A stretch of DNA of 64,000 nt from Eledone cirrhosa (GCA_964016885.1 OZ024741.1:61876001-61940000); one strand, 5' to 3'. Positions 1-13,984 are shown, counted from the first letter of the stretch. The notes: a model not told the origin generated them from the sequence alone. Program-made: numbers and translations.

Positions 1-725
1 AGTGGGGTTGTTGGGGAAGATAGAGTAGAAAAGGAAGAGAGAAAAGTAGGGGAGAGGGAGAGAGAGAGAAAGATATGCAGGGGTTGGAGAAGTAGGAGAG
101 AGTGGTTTGTAGATATCTTAATCAAAATGTTATGGTAGGGGTTTTATTATACTGGTTACTTTTGGAGAGATGCATTGATAGTTAAGGTCGGAATTATTTA
201 TTGCCCCAGAGGGCAGGTTCATAGATGTGGAGAGGGAGGTAGGCCAAAGGCGAGAGAGAGAGTGTGTAATGGATGTAGAGAGAGAGGTAGAGGGGGGACA
301 GACTAAGTTTATGTGGTGAGTGAACTTTGGGTTTGTAGTAGTAATCTGTGAATTGCACTGAGTTACCATTTATAGTGATAAGCAGTGTATTGTCTTGTAG
401 TGTGGGGGAAGAGAAGGTGGTTAGCAAGAAAGCGATGCTATAGTTACGGGTTCGAATGTTAAGTTATTTTATAGTGAGAGAATTTAGCTTTTAGTTTGTG
501 GTTGCAGTATAATGATCGTTCAATTCTATTGTTAAGTAGTTTGTTTTTGGATTTTAATATGTAAAAGAGCTCAAGGTTACATAACCTGCAGTACTTCAAT
601 CCACTCCGATATGCACTTGCGCTGGAAAGTATATCCCATTTTAAGGTGAACTGTTGGTTGCGTTCACGGAGTTGTAAGCACACGGAATAAATTACCTTTT
701 TTGATGTCTGCCTGTTATTATTCAT
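1..725 (-). mobile_element. Penelope-like element 3' fragment (GIY-YIG endonuclease C-terminus plus 3' region)
   Basis: ORF 459-725 reads FTLKWDIL..ASAYRSGLKYCRLCNLELFYIL....LLNNRIE..LYCNHKLK, the typical PLE endonuclease C-terminal pattern. A pyrimidine-rich tail (minus strand) runs off the window start. Confidence 0.75.
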
Positions 726-874
726 TCTTTATATACACTCCGGAATACAGAAGGATCAGGAACTAAGTTTCTTCAACAATTCTTCCATAACTCGTAGAGT
801 AACCTTTCACCGTACGTCAACCATATCCAGTGTAGTAATTAACCAGTACTACATCTTGGGTAATCCTATACCTA

Positions 875-1070
875 ATATATATATACATATATAGATACAT
901 AAATATATATACATATATATATAAATGCATATATATACATATACACATACACATATAAATATACACACACATACAAATATACACACACATACATATACAA
1001 ACAAATATATGCATACACATACATATACATATATATATATACACATACATATATATATATATATAAATAC

Positions 1071-1101
<31 letters not shown>

Positions 1102-1250
1102 CATACATATACATACACACATATATATACATACATATACACATACATATATACATACATATACTCATATATATATATATATATATATTTACATACACAT
1201 ATACATATAAATACATATATACATATGCATACATATACACACACACAAAC
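875..1250. repeat. Compound (TA)n/(CA)n/(TACA)n microsatellite
   Basis: Seen directly; accounts for the YIYI/VCVC ORFs here. Confidence 0.95.
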
Positions 1251-1593
1251 ACATTTAATATTGAGATGATAATGCAGGTGATTAAAGGTAGGAAGCAGAA
1301 ATATCCGAAATTCAGATATAAAAAAATAACAACAATAAGACAGAACCAAATTCATTTCATATCTTTGTAGATGAGATAAACTCAGCATTGTATTAGCAGG
1401 TTGCTAATATTTAATAAAGACAAAGAAAATACCTTTGTAATATGGGATAAAAGTATGACTGTATGAGTGAGATGTTTATTTTGTATTAATGTGATTCTGA
1501 GTTCAACCTTACTGCCTGTCACGCACCTTGGACAAGAGTCTTTAGTAACAATATGACAGCTCTTCTAGTGACACTTTAGGCAAGTGCCTTTAA

Positions 1594-1787
1594 CCCTTTA
1601 GCATTTAAACCGGCTGAATCCAGCCATTATTCTCTCGCCTCTTTCTGTTCAAACCGGCCACTCATAATGATGTTAAGATATTGTTCTCACAATATATCAT
1701 ATCAATATCTCATAGATAATTATGTGAGGTAAAGCCTTGACTGTGAAAATACAATAGTAAATATAGAGTAATGTAAATTCTAAAGGG
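1594..1787 (+). mobile_element. piggyBac-type MITE
   Basis: TTAA|CCCTTTAGCATTTA ... TAAATTCTAAAGGG|TTAA: terminal inverted repeats with TTAA target duplication. Five related copies in the window. Confidence 0.8.
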
Positions 1788-2159
1788 TTAATGTGGTTCT
1801 GAGTTCAACCTTACTGCCTGTTTGACACCTTTAGTAACGATACAACTCCTCTTTCAAAATGGCTTGAAAATACCTTGGACAATTGTCTTTAGTAACCACA
1901 TGACAACATCTCTAATGTTGGAGCCACAAAAATCGCACCCTGTTCAGCCTGTAAGATAACTGGTGGCAGGAAGGGCATCCAACTGAAGAAACCATCCAAA
2001 AAAGAGTTGAAAAGACTCTTCTGTCTTGACACAATAAAACCTTTAGTGCAGGTGCTATGATCCATTGCAGCTTGTACACTGTGTAAGTTGGTTTGTGATA
2101 GAAAGGGCATCTAGTCAAGGAAAATTTGCGAAATACCACACCATATGACTGGTGCAAGA

Positions 2160-2885
2160 GTAACATAGTAAATTGATATAAGGGTAAAGGAGACACATTA
2201 GAGAGTGGTAGCTACAAATCCATCAATTTGATGGACCAGGCCATGAAAGTTTAACAAATAATTAGAGACATAATCAAGTTAGATGTGATGAAGTTTGAAT
2301 TTATGCCAGGTACAGATGCCCTTTCTGGTGAGACAGTTACAAGAGCTAAGGGTAAATCACTGTATACGGCATTTGTAGCTCTAGAAAAGGGTCTCACTAG
2401 GATCCCATGCTCTGTAACCTGGTGGGCACTTAGGGAGCTAGTGAGGGCTGTGCAACCAACAAAGTGAGACTTGGCAACAAATACATTCATGAATTTAAAG
2501 TGCAGGTTGGGGTCCACTAGGGATCAATCCTCAGTCCACTTATGTTTGTTGTCTTTCAGGTCACCACAGAGGAGTAAAATCTGACACTCCAAGAGTGTAT
2601 ACTCCTGTATGCTGATGATCGAGTCCTTATAGCTGAATCTGTAGAAAGATTAGAGGCAGAGTTTCAAGCATGGAAGAAGTACCTAGAGTTAAAAGGCCTA
2701 AAAGTAAACTTAGGAAATAGTCAGGGAGGCTCCTTAAAAGTTGTTGACAGCTTTTGTTACCTAAGCAATCTAATTAGTAGTGAGAGAGGAGGCTCTGAAA
2801 GTGTGATAGCCAGGATCAGTACAGGTTGGAAGAAGTTTAAAGAGCTGATACTTCTGCTGACAACAAAATGCTTCACTCTCAGAGT
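2160..2885 (+). mobile_element. Decayed RTE LINE reverse-transcriptase fragment
   Basis: Motifs AFVALEK, QVGVH.GSILSPLMF, LLYADD, GLKVNL, VVDSFCYL, RISTGWKKFKEL with stops and frameshifts. Confidence 0.8.
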
Positions 2886-2990
2886 GGAACGTTCAGTCCA
2901 GGGAAAGTCTTGTACTCTCAGTCACTTAATGCTATGAAATCTGGGATAAGTACCTGCCTGATGAGCCTCTGGACTTGAAACAGACTTTAG
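2886..2990 (+). mobile_element. 3' part of a V-domain-like SINE
   Basis: gtccaggg...cagtcacttaatgctatgaaatctgggataag..cctgatgagcctctggacttgaaacagacttt resembles V-SINE 3' regions from memory. Related copy at 14283-14520. Confidence 0.5.
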
Positions 2991-3577
2991 AAAACAAAGG
3001 GTAGGGAGGACTCTTCAGTTGTGTTAAGAATATGACCCTTTCCCTAATGCTGATCAATATAATAAGTGCACACAGTACATGCTATAAAGTTGTTAGTGAT
3101 AGGAAAGGCATTCAGCCATAGGAAGTTTGCCAAAGGGTTGAGAAGACCTTCAGTTGTATCAAAGACATGGCATCTGCACTGCTGTTAGGATAAAATATGC
3201 TTTTTGTTTTGTCACAAGCACAATCACCTTACAAGGTAGACTGGGTTTTCTTTTTCTTGTGCCACAAATATGGACTAGGTGCTTCTGTTGTCATGGTACC
3301 AGATCACCATACAGGGTGGATTAGTGCTTTTTTGTTGTGCCAACAGCATTATGGGAGCTAAGATGTGAAGCTTGTCAAGCTTTCATGCATCTATGTATGG
3401 GCTAGGCAGGAAAACTGTATCAGGACTGAGGGTTGGGGAGGGGGTGCATGCAAGCAAGTTCAACATGGATGAGGTTTGTAGGATATTTAGCTGGTGAGGG
3501 TTATTGAGACTGGGGAGGATGAATGGGTGAGGGGTAAAGAGAAGATTGGTGCAAACTAGTGTTCTCTAAATGTGTTT

Positions 3578-3800
3578 CATCCTGTGCAGAGCAACCAGTC
3601 TTAAATACTTTCATTATAGCCAGTGGGGAAATAATGAACAAGAGAGAGCTAAGAAAAGAGCTGAGATGGACTCCTACTTGCATGCTACTTTACAGAATGT
3701 ACTGGGTGTATTTTATCATGGAACCATCACTAAAAAATTGTCATCCCTTTGACAAAACTGTAGGATCCTCTCTACTCTATGTTGACTCCATTCAATAAAA
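3578..3800 (-). mobile_element. Decayed RTE RT fragment
   Basis: MQVGVHLSSFLSSLLFII...FKTGC matches the RT segment seen in the other RTE copies. Confidence 0.6.
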
Positions 3801-3989
3801 GAAGGTGATGGCTATGAACTAAAAGAGGAGAGAGTGTGCTTTGAGTGTGAAGAGCACACTAGAATGGTAGTTTAAAAAGATGGAGAATGAGTGATGTAGG
3901 GAAACAGCATGAGCAACATGACAGGATACCAATACAGATTTGTCATGTTAGATATGATTGTGTGATGAATACCATAGGAAAGATAGAGT

Positions 3990-4145
3990 GATCAATAACA
4001 CAAAGTTATGTTTCAGCCTGTCCCAGGAAAAAACATACAGGAAACCATTTATCTCAGCTGCAAGAACATAACTGAAAGTAGCAGATATACTTCTCTACTT
4101 GGGCAGCACACTCAACCATTCTTGTTCCATAGATAATGAAATATT
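3990..4145 (+). mobile_element. RTE (BovB/Expander-like) fragment
   Basis: VMFQPVPGK...LKV....LYLGSTLNHSCSIDNEI, the RTE primer-grip region with no PHD insert. Confidence 0.55.
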
Positions 4146-6979
4146 TATTGACAAGTTTCTCCACTTTGCTCTATCATTTGCATCCCTTCTCACCAACCCC
4201 TGCCTTCCATTTCTTCTTCTATCACCTCCAGTTATGCTTTTCTTGGCTTTTCTTCACCTCAACTTTGCTAAACATCCATTTTCATCACTCCTTTCACTCA
4301 ATCACTTTCACCCTTCCTCAACATATTACCCAACCATCTTATTCCATTTCTCTTCATGGCATTCATCACTGGTTCTATTCCCATCATCCTCTACAATTCA
4401 TTATTTGTCTTCTCTCAGCAATACTCTACTAAACCCTGGCCATTCCCATCCTTTCCAGCCTCCTCTGCTGTTCAATGTTCGTCACCCATGTCTCAACCCC
4501 ATAAATTATGGCATTTCTCACACATACAGATAGGTACAAAATCAATCAACATTGTGGCTTGAAATTTGTAGCTAAGATTTTAGTTGCTTCTAACTGTATT
4601 TTGTAGTTGATTTGTCATGTGGTTGCTGCTTTGCTGAAACAAGACTTTATTATTATTATTATTATTTTTTAATGAAATTTTAGTTCCATCGGAGTTATTG
4701 TCCTTCAGATGTAATTACTGTATAGCTATACCTTTTATCAGTTTGTTATGGATTTTCAAAATAAACAAAGAAAAAAAACATTTGAAAATACTATTTTAAA
4801 AATAACCCAAAGATAGCATCAAATCTAATTTAATTATATATAAAATAAGGATATTCAAACAATATAAAAAATGAAGTAAAATAAACTAAAATATGTTAAT
4901 CTAAGCTAAATCCACAGTATTCTTTCTAGTAGCTCTCATGCAATCATCGGCCTCACTAAAGTGAGTAATTTTCAATTCACATTGAGCAAATTCTCATCTA
5001 AAAGCAAATCATACATTTATTTGTATATATTTTATGTATGTATTTCATATACTTTTATATTTTCTTTTTCTTTTCTTCACTTTTTAGCTTGTTTGTTTGT
5101 TTGTTTAGCTTTTCCTCATTTAAATATTCATATCCTGACAAACTAGAGAGAGAGAGAGAGAATTGAAATGATACTTCTTCCATTCCATTGACAGGATTTC
5201 ATTACTTTTTATTGACTGATTTTAGTTTAAAAATCTCCTTTAGAGATATATATTGAACAGCCTGCAGTAGTAATAGGAAAACACTAAACTAAACTAAAAA
5301 ATATAAATGTAAACCAAACCAAACATTTAATCCAGAAGGCAAACAGGAGAGGAAGAAAGGAAAAACATTGAAACACTTCATTGTAAACTTATTTCTACTC
5401 ATTATTATTATTATCACCATCATTATTATTATTATTACCACTACTATTTTTGTTATTTTTTGTTTTTCTTTAAAAATTTTATATGGAATTTATTTATATT
5501 TTATTTTATATCTTTTGAAAATTGTTCTGTATTTTGTAAATTAAATTTTAATAGCCATTTATTTGAATCCTATTTGATGTAAGACCCCCCAGGGATTTCC
5601 TGTCATCTTATTCCATCAATTTTTAAATGGTGATGAGAATGATATTCCTTATATTCATTTCTAACTAACCATAGTTTAATCTTTTGTCGTGTGTTTTGTA
5701 GTTAATCTATTATTTGCAGAAGATTCTGGTGAAGACAAAAGAATTGTAATTTCATTGGTTTTAAATTCTAGATTCTTCCCTTGTTATCAGATCAGTAAGG
5801 ACGGTTGGAACACAATATTTATTTTGATATGACTTCAGAATATTGGAGGCAACAAAGTAACAGAGTCTGAAGAATGTTAACTAGAATACTTTGCTGTATC
5901 TGTTTCAACTCTCTGCACTCTCAGTTCAAATTCTGCTGCAATCAAAGTTGTTGTTCCTCCCTTTGAAGTTGATCAATAAAGTACTAGTCTAAAACTGATA
6001 TTGATTCTTCTTTCTGTTTTTTTGCTTGAAGAAATCCACTGTTTTAGACTTGGAGAGGAATGGGCATTGCCAGGTTTTAAAATGGCCAAATGTCACTCCT
6101 ATGACTTCATTTGGCATACATATCACCTGTCCATACCACTATAGTCTTCTCTCTTGGACATTACCTCTGATTCTTCTTATATCCAGTTTTTCTCTCAGGT
6201 CAACCATGTTTCCTCAATCAGGCACAGTAGCATTACATATCCATTGGCACACATGTTCCCTTCATTTCTCTCCAAAAATAAACAAAATTACACAAACAAA
6301 ATTATAAAATATAACATGATTCTATTTTGTAATGTATTTCTTCATTTCTTCTTAATGTGAGCTCTTTGTCTTGGTTGGTTATCTAAAAGCCCTGACAAGC
6401 CCTTGGAACTTAATATAAGCCAAACAATTGATTGAGAGATACAGCTATTTAGCAGACTACAAGCTATTCAGCTGCTTTTAAGAGGTTATAAAATTCTTTA
6501 TTAAAACTTTCTCAGTTTATAAGATTTCTACTGAAACATTTTCTAATTACATTTTATTTCATTTTATTATTTTTTTCTTATCTTTTTTTTTTAACAATTA
6601 GTTTCTGGCATTTAGAACAAGAATGTTAACCCTATAACACTTTTTATAATACTATGCTCTTATAATACTATGCTCTTATCAGAAAAAAAAATAAGCAGAA
6701 TTTGAAGACTTTCACATGTGAACTGTATCTTACACAATCTATGGACATAAACTTACAGCAGTCAACTTGTGTGTGTGTGTGTGAGCGAGTGTGTGTGTGT
6801 ATGTGTGAGAGCGAGTGTGTTTGTGTGTGTGTATGTGTAAGCGTGTGCACACCCATAAGAAAATTAATAATTCTTTTTACATCAAACATACCTTTTAGCC
6901 TTAATTCTTTTCATACCAAGCTGCTTGAACTGTGCTTATTTTGAAGTATTTATATTCATAAAAAAAAAAACATTCTACA

Positions 6980-7290
6980 TGGGTTATAGATTTTGCTCAT
7001 GATAGTAAGACCGTGGGTTTAATTAATGAACTGGTTGACACATTGTATCCTTGCACAAGATAATTTATTTCACATCGCTCCAGTCCATTCATCTAGAAAA
7101 AATCTGTTGCAATGACACTGGTACCAAGCTGTATCAGCTCATATCTTTCTCTTGGATAATATTAGTTCCATGGTGAGAAAAGGTCTGCATACATGGGTTA
7201 GTGCTGGTCCTCTACAAAATACCTTGTCCAGGTTTATGCTTTGGAAAGGAACTTTCCAGGTGAAAATCTATAGTCAGTCATGATTGAAGG
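6980..7290 (+). mobile_element. Diverged tRNA/CORE-head SINE, third body type
   Basis: Head matches the main SINE (ccttgcacaagataatttatttcacatcgctccag); body matches the reverse complement of 13985-14275. Confidence 0.6.
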
Positions 7291-10290
7291 GGTCCATTAA
7301 TTACCACAAGGATCTGGTGTATTTACACTCTAATGTCACTGCTACACATCACTTGAATGTATTTATTTATGTGTGCATGTGGTGTGTGTTATGTAGTGTG
7401 CATGTGGTGTTGTGTTTATATGAGGCCTGTCATTGGACCATCTTACTGTCAGATTAAACTGGTTTGCAACATATATTGCAGCTCCCCTTCATATCCTGTC
7501 CCTACCCTTCTTGACGTCTGCAGCAATTTCATCACACAGAGTTCAGTGGTTGGCCACTGTACTGTTATAGTGCCATATGTAATGCCTTGCAGTATCTCTT
7601 ATGGGCCCACTGGACAATACCATGGTATGACTTGAATGTATGTGCCACCTAAGGATTGCATCTAGTTGTGTGTGTATGTGTGCTCATATGTGTATGCACA
7701 AGAATGTATATAATGTTGCTCAAACTCACATGTGTCCATGTGCAAGTACATATATACATTTGTACAGCTACAACATAGCCAACAGGTCAGCCACTGTCAT
7801 TCCCTATTCTAGTCAGCACACGCATACACTCACACAAAAAACTATACAACAGCAATGTCATGGTCTAATCATGAATTTCACACCTTGACATATTTGTATA
7901 GAACTCTCACAGATACACAACGAGAACGCTAATTATATGTCGCTTATCTCATAATATTTGTTTTGATAATTTAGCAAGATTAGGTTCTAATGAAAGGTTC
8001 ATAGCATTGTCGGTTCAGTGATGGTTTTATTGGTGAGTGGTAAACATGTTGGCTTTCATCAAGCTCCATCCGTTGTTATGAATTAACAAAATAATTTTGA
8101 TCTCTTTTACTTTTCACAGAAATGTGAGAACCCAAAGGCTTGTTAAGATAAAATTGATTGATTGATTTTGAGTTTCATCTTTCACAGAGAATAAGAAAAT
8201 GGAAACAAGAAAGGCCATTTGGTCATTGAGAAAAAACCAGAGTTTACCTCAGATTCAACTCCCCTCCAAACAACATGTGCATGTGTGTTTTTTCTACCAT
8301 CATGGGGAGACAATTTCAGTTACCAGAAAGAAACACTAGCCAGAAGATCCAGGAAGTGTGGGGAAATGCAAATACCTGAGGAAACCTGGGATTTCAAGCA
8401 GACGAAAAAGACCTGGGTCTTTGAGAACCACTGAACTATACAGTTACTGAGACTTGAAAAATAGATCATATTAATATGGTGCTTAGGTGAAAAATTAGTA
8501 GATGACAATTCGAAATATGGAAGAATTGAGGAAAGCTGGGATTGCATGGGGCATAATGTGACCTGGGTCTTTGAGAATCAATGTTCTAAATTAATTCTTC
8601 AAACATTGATTTTTTTTTAAATTAAATAATTTAAAATAATTCAACAATAGAATACTTTACATTCAGTAGAAACATTGAAATAAATCTTCTGAAGTTATCC
8701 AATAAAAACTCATCACACTAAAAGGTTTGAAATATTTTATAAACAATTTTTTTTTTTGTTATTTTTCCTGAGATATCATTTTTCAACTTTCTGCGTTTGG
8801 TCTCTTGTTTTTAGTTAATTACATTAAGATAAACTTGATATTAATCATTGTCAAACTAACGATAATGAGAGATCAGCACTGTAAATCAAAGTGTCAACAT
8901 TATATATTACAGTTTACAAGATTCTAATTGTTATTATTTGCATGTTTTCTATAGTCATCATAATCATCACACACACAGGCACACGCACACATATATATAT
9001 ATATTCATTATATTAAGGTTAAATAATGAGTCTTATTATTCTGGAGTTTCGCCTGCTTCTCACAGAGTCGTCAGACAATATTTAAACTACTTTGGTATTG
9101 AGTAGGTATATAAATATATCTATGTCATCACCATTGCCATCATCATTTTATGTCAGCTTACCATACTAGCAAGGGTTGGAATGGTTGTTATAGTCAGAGA
9201 CAGGCAATGTTGAAGAGACCTCATCTTACTCGAAAACTCCTTATTTGGAACAGTTTCTACAGCTGGATGCCATTCCTAACAATAACCTCTTTACAGGATG
9301 TACTGGATGCATATCATCATACATTCTATGAAGTGATTGGGGAAACAGGTATAGAAACCATACCAAAAATGGGAGCTATGAACAAGATGAGGTCTCTCCA
9401 GCCTGTCTAGTTTCAGCCCATGAAAAGCCATTTAAAGTATGCCAACAGTTTCTTACTCCTGAACTTCACTCACAAGCCATCGGTCAACTCATTTATGTCC
9501 TATGATCCTATCATCAACTGACCTTTTGTTAGAAATAATGAAGCAGAGTATCTGTTTTCTTGCCAAGTATTTCTGTTTAAGTGAATTCAGTTAAAATGTA
9601 ATTGTTTTTGATAATAGATAAAACTAAAGTGAGATACAAGAACTCTTAAAAGATTAAGAATGTGAGGATGGAGAGCAGAAATAGGAAAATATGCCAAGGA
9701 TTGAGGAGATATGTAGAAAAGATATATGCCATTTATATTGAGAAACGAAAAATGCAAAATATATGGCGAGAAGCAAGAATATTGTCTTGGAGCCAGTCAG
9801 TACGTTAGCAATGTTCATATTGAATAGCTAAGGTCCCAGAGGTAAAAACATTCGATATATCCAATGCCAAGAAACTTTTGGAATGGTAAATCATTCTTTT
9901 TAATTATTGCAACTATCCTGTGAAGGACATTCATAAATTTCTCTACAGAATCAAGAATCTATCTTGGCACTGATCCCATCCAACGATGTTATCTTCATTA
10001 GTCAAACATAACAGGTGCACTAAATGAAACAGCTCGCTTTCTTTCTTTCACACACACTCACTCTCCCTCTCAGCCTCCCACTCTCACCCCCTCTCTGACA
10101 ATGGCAACATTGAAAGAATTTTTCACAAATGCACATGCAGATTCAAACACACAGATACACTCCCTTTCCTCACTCGCTCTCACATGCACATACATATATA
10201 CATACACATATGTGTGTGTTTATATATACATGTCTATGAACATTTAACATTATAAAGTATATTTACATATTCATATCTGCATGTATATAT

Positions 10291-10352
<62 letters not shown>

Positions 10353-10354
<2 letters not shown>

Positions 10355-10730
10355 CGTTTTACGTCCATTCTTCCATGCTAGCATGGGTTAGACGGGTTGT
10401 CCTGTTGTGAGTAGTGTCCAGTCGGCTGACCTTGTCTTGCTCATACGGGAACTGATTTTGGCTTGATTTCTACAGCTGGATACCGTTCCTAACAGCAACC
10501 TCATTTACAGTGAGGGCTGGGTGGTTTTTTGCGGTGGAACCTCCACGACCACTTTGCAGTGGAATGATAGTGACCCCAGTCCTATCATCTCATTTCTACT
10601 GCTGAGTAAACTGGAGCAATGTGAAAATAAAGTGTCTTGCTCAAGGAAACAACACATCACCCGGTCTGAGAATTGAACTCACAACCTTTCGATTGCAAGC
10701 CCAATGCTCTAACCACTAAGCCATGTGCCT
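10353..10730 (-). mobile_element. tRNA-derived SINE, tail type B
   Basis: Reverse complement has an A/B-box head, a CORE-like block, the gttaggaa..gg.atccagctgtagaaatc central block and the tail acccgtctaacccatgctagcatggaagaatggacgtaaaacgg. Confidence 0.85.
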
Positions 10731-10747
10731 ATACAGACAAATATATA

Positions 10748-12055
10748 TCATCATCATCATCATCTTCGTTTCACGTCCATTTTCCACACTAGCATGGGTT
10801 AGACGGGAGTTGTCCCACTTGAGGCAAGGTTGGTCGGGTGACCGTGTCACGCTCATATAGGACTATCTGGCAGGTTTTCTATGGCTGGATGCCCTTCCTA
10901 ACACCAACCACATTTACAGTGTGGAACTGGGAACTTTTTACCGTGTTACTTACACGGCCACATTACAGCATGGCCTGTGTGTTTTTTTCTCGTGACACCT
11001 ACATGATCTCGATCTCATTATCTCATTTATTTCAACTGGATGTTGTGGTACCAAATTTACAGAGAGAGGGTGGTGTTGGTGGGAAAGGATAGGGGTAGTG
11101 GATTGGGGTGTATATTTGGTTAAGAGGTGCCTACTGACTGTAGGTTTCGCTTTCTGTATTACTGTGTAGCGCCAAAGATCTCGGTCCAATGACATTGTCT
11201 TAGAGAGGTGCAAGTGTGTAAGGTCGGAATTTATCAGAGCGTCCCAGGTTTTTCTGGGTCTACCTACTCCGTAACTACCATCAATTTTGATCGCCCTGCA
11301 CTTTTTATACAGCTGTCTTCTTTCATGTGCATCACATGGCCATACCAACGTATTCTTCTCTCAAGTAAACATCATCTGATCCCTCTTATTCCTAATTTCT
11401 TACTTAGTTCATTTAATCTTTGCCATTCACGTATATTACTGTTACACAGCCAATGGAGCATGCATGCTTCGTTCCTTTCCAGTCTGTGCAAGTCCTCTGC
11501 CCGTAATGCCCATGTCTCACTGCCATGTAGCATTGCTGTTCGTATACAAGCATCATACAATCTGCCTTTCATTTTTAGAGAGAAACCTTTTGTGGCCAAC
11601 AGCGGTATAAGCTCTCTGAACTTTTTCCATCCCGTTCTGACTCTGGCTACTGTACTTTCAGAACACCCTCAACCACTGCTGATTTTGTCACCCAGGTAAT
11701 GGAAAGTGTCTACTATTTCTATAGAACCATCTGGGCAATAGAAGGAGCTAGTATCCTGTGGACACTTGATACCTATTGCACCTGAGCATCAGCCACATAT
11801 AAAGTCTACGTTCTTAGATAGTTTACCTGTGATCCCATACATATTTTATGTACCCATACTTTGCATTTGGGACATAAAATTGAATTTCTGCCTACTCCTT
11901 TCCTACACACTGAGCATGGCCATTTCCCTGAGGGTACCTGTGCCTTATTTTCCTTTCTACAAACTAGGACTTTAGTCTTAGACAAGTTAACTTTAAGGCC
12001 TTTTGATTCTAGGCCATGCTTCCATGTTTGGAATTTCTTCTCGAGTTCAGCCATC

Positions 12056-12064
<9 letters not shown>
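10748..12064 (-). mobile_element. 5'-truncated RTE LINE (PHD-bearing) with (GAT)n tail
   Basis: ORFs GLKVNLSKTKVLV..KWPCSVCRKGVGRNSILCPKCKVWVHK, KGRLYDACIRTAMLHGSETW, GVGRPRKTW. 3' UTR carries the SINE-like central block. Confidence 0.9.
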
Positions 12065-12129
<65 letters not shown>

Positions 12130-12132
<3 letters not shown>

Positions 12133-12451
12133 GCACATGGCTTAGAGCATTGGCCTTGCAATCGAAAGATTGTGAGGTCAATCCTCAGACCGGGTGATGT
12201 GTTGTTTCCTTGAGCAAGACACTTTATTTCACATTGCTGTAGAAATGAGATGATAGGGACTGGGGTCCATATCATTCCACTACAAAGTGGTCGTGGAGGT
12301 TCCACGGCAAAAAAGCACCAAGCACTCACTGTAAATGAGGTTGGTGTTAGGAAGGGCATCCAGCTGTAGAAATCAAGCCAGCATCAGTTCCCGTCCCACC
12401 CTTGCAAGCAGGGAAAAAGCGGGCGTAAAATGAAATGCTGATGATGATGAT
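12130..12451 (+). mobile_element. tRNA-derived SINE, tail type A
   Basis: gaggcacatggcttag head; tail cccgtcccacccttgcaagcagggaaaa..gcgggcgtaaaatg plus GAT repeats; follows a (TA)n run. Confidence 0.85.
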
Positions 12452-12944
12452 ATACACACATACATATTCACCATTTAATGTCTATTTTTCCATGCTCACA
12501 TAGGTTAGATGGGTTGTCATATTACGAGATCAGTCAGGTTAGGTAACCCACATCTTACTCATACAGATCTGTATTTTGCCATGTTTTCTACAGCTGGATG
12601 CCTTTCCTAACACAGACCTCATTACAGTGTAGATTGGGTTCTTTTCAACATGGCACCAAAATGACCATCTAACAGAATGGACTGGATGCTTGTTTGTCAT
12701 GTCACCAGCATGACCACCTTACAGGGTGAGCTGGGAAATTTTTGTTGTGCTATCAGCATGACAACCTTGTATGGTGGACTGAGTGCTTTTTTTCTTGTTT
12801 CACAAACATGACCATCTTGCATGGTGGACGAAGTACCTTTTTTCTTGTTTCACAAGCACAACCACTCTACAGGATGGACAGGGTTCTTTTGTTGCTGTGG
12901 CACCAGATCAGCATACATGGTGGACTTTATGTTGTGGATTGTGA

Positions 12945-13662
12945 GATATCAGAGAATGAAAGGCAGACTGTATGATGCGTGTATCCGAACAGCAATGTTG
13001 TATCGTAGTGAGACCTGGGCGCTGAAGGTGGAAGACTTACGTAGATTAGAGAGAAACGAAGCCTGCATGCTCCGATGGATGTGTAACAGTAATATACGTG
13101 AACGACAAAGCATAAATGAATTGAGAGAGAGACTGAGCATAAGAGGAATCAAATGCTGTGTGCAGGAGAGGCGGTTGCGCTGGTATCGACATGTGATGCG
13201 TATGAAGAATGACAGCTGCATAAAAAGGTGCATAGCACTAGAAGTCGATGGAAACCGCGGAGTGGGGAGACCCAAGATGACCTGGGATGAGGTGATAAAA
13301 GCCGACCTTGCCCAATTACACCTCTCAAAGGCGATAACACACGGCCGTAACCACTGGCGTCACGCAGTAATACAGAGTACCCGACCTCCCATGGGTACAA
13401 GCTGAAGTATATAGGCAATATGCCCCCACACCCCCCACCGCAAGGTGGTCGTGGAGGTGCCACGGCAAAAAAGCACCCAGCACTCACTGTAAATGAGGTT
13501 GGTGTTAGGAAGGGCATCCAGCTGTAGAAATCAAGCCAAATCAGTTCCTGTATGAGCAAGGCATAGTCTGCTGACCAGACACTGCCCACAACAGGACAAC
13601 CCGTCTAACCCATGCTAGCATGGAAGAACGGACGTAAAACGGTGATGATGATGATGATGATG
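12945..13662 (+). mobile_element. 5'-truncated RTE LINE, family B
   Basis: RMKGRLYDACIRTAMLYRSETW...RRLRWY.HVMRM...GVGRPKMTW...HAVIQSTRPPMGTS*, then a roughly 240-nt 3' UTR and (GAT)n. Near-identical to 45219-46195 on the opposite strand. Confidence 0.9.
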
Positions 13663-13984
13663 ATATATATATAAAATCATCAACATCATCGTTTAACATC
13701 CATTTTCTACACTAGCATGAGTATATATATATATATATTTATATACATATGTATGCGTATATATATATGCAAATATATGTATATCTGCATATATGTATAT
13801 CTGCAAGCAGGGAAAAGCGGACGTAAAATGAAATGATGATGATGATGATGATAGAATATATATATATACATATCATCATCATCACCACTATTTAACGTAT
13901 ATTTTCCTATGCTTGCTTGGGCTAGATTGGTTGCACATTATGAGATCAGTAAAGGGTAAAGACCCACTTCAATCACAAATGAAC

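Noticed and set aside
817-1388. Long YIYI/VCVC ORFs here and near 19 kb, 47.4 kb and 52.4-54.7 kb
   Set aside because: Translations of dinucleotide microsatellites.
2955-2985. CTGATGA...GAAAC as a hammerhead
   Set aside because: No credible stems I or III; better explained as a V-SINE-like 3' region.
4099-4533. 144-aa hydrophobic ORF
   Set aside because: Begins in an RTE fragment and continues through pyrimidine-rich decayed sequence; no splice or homology support.
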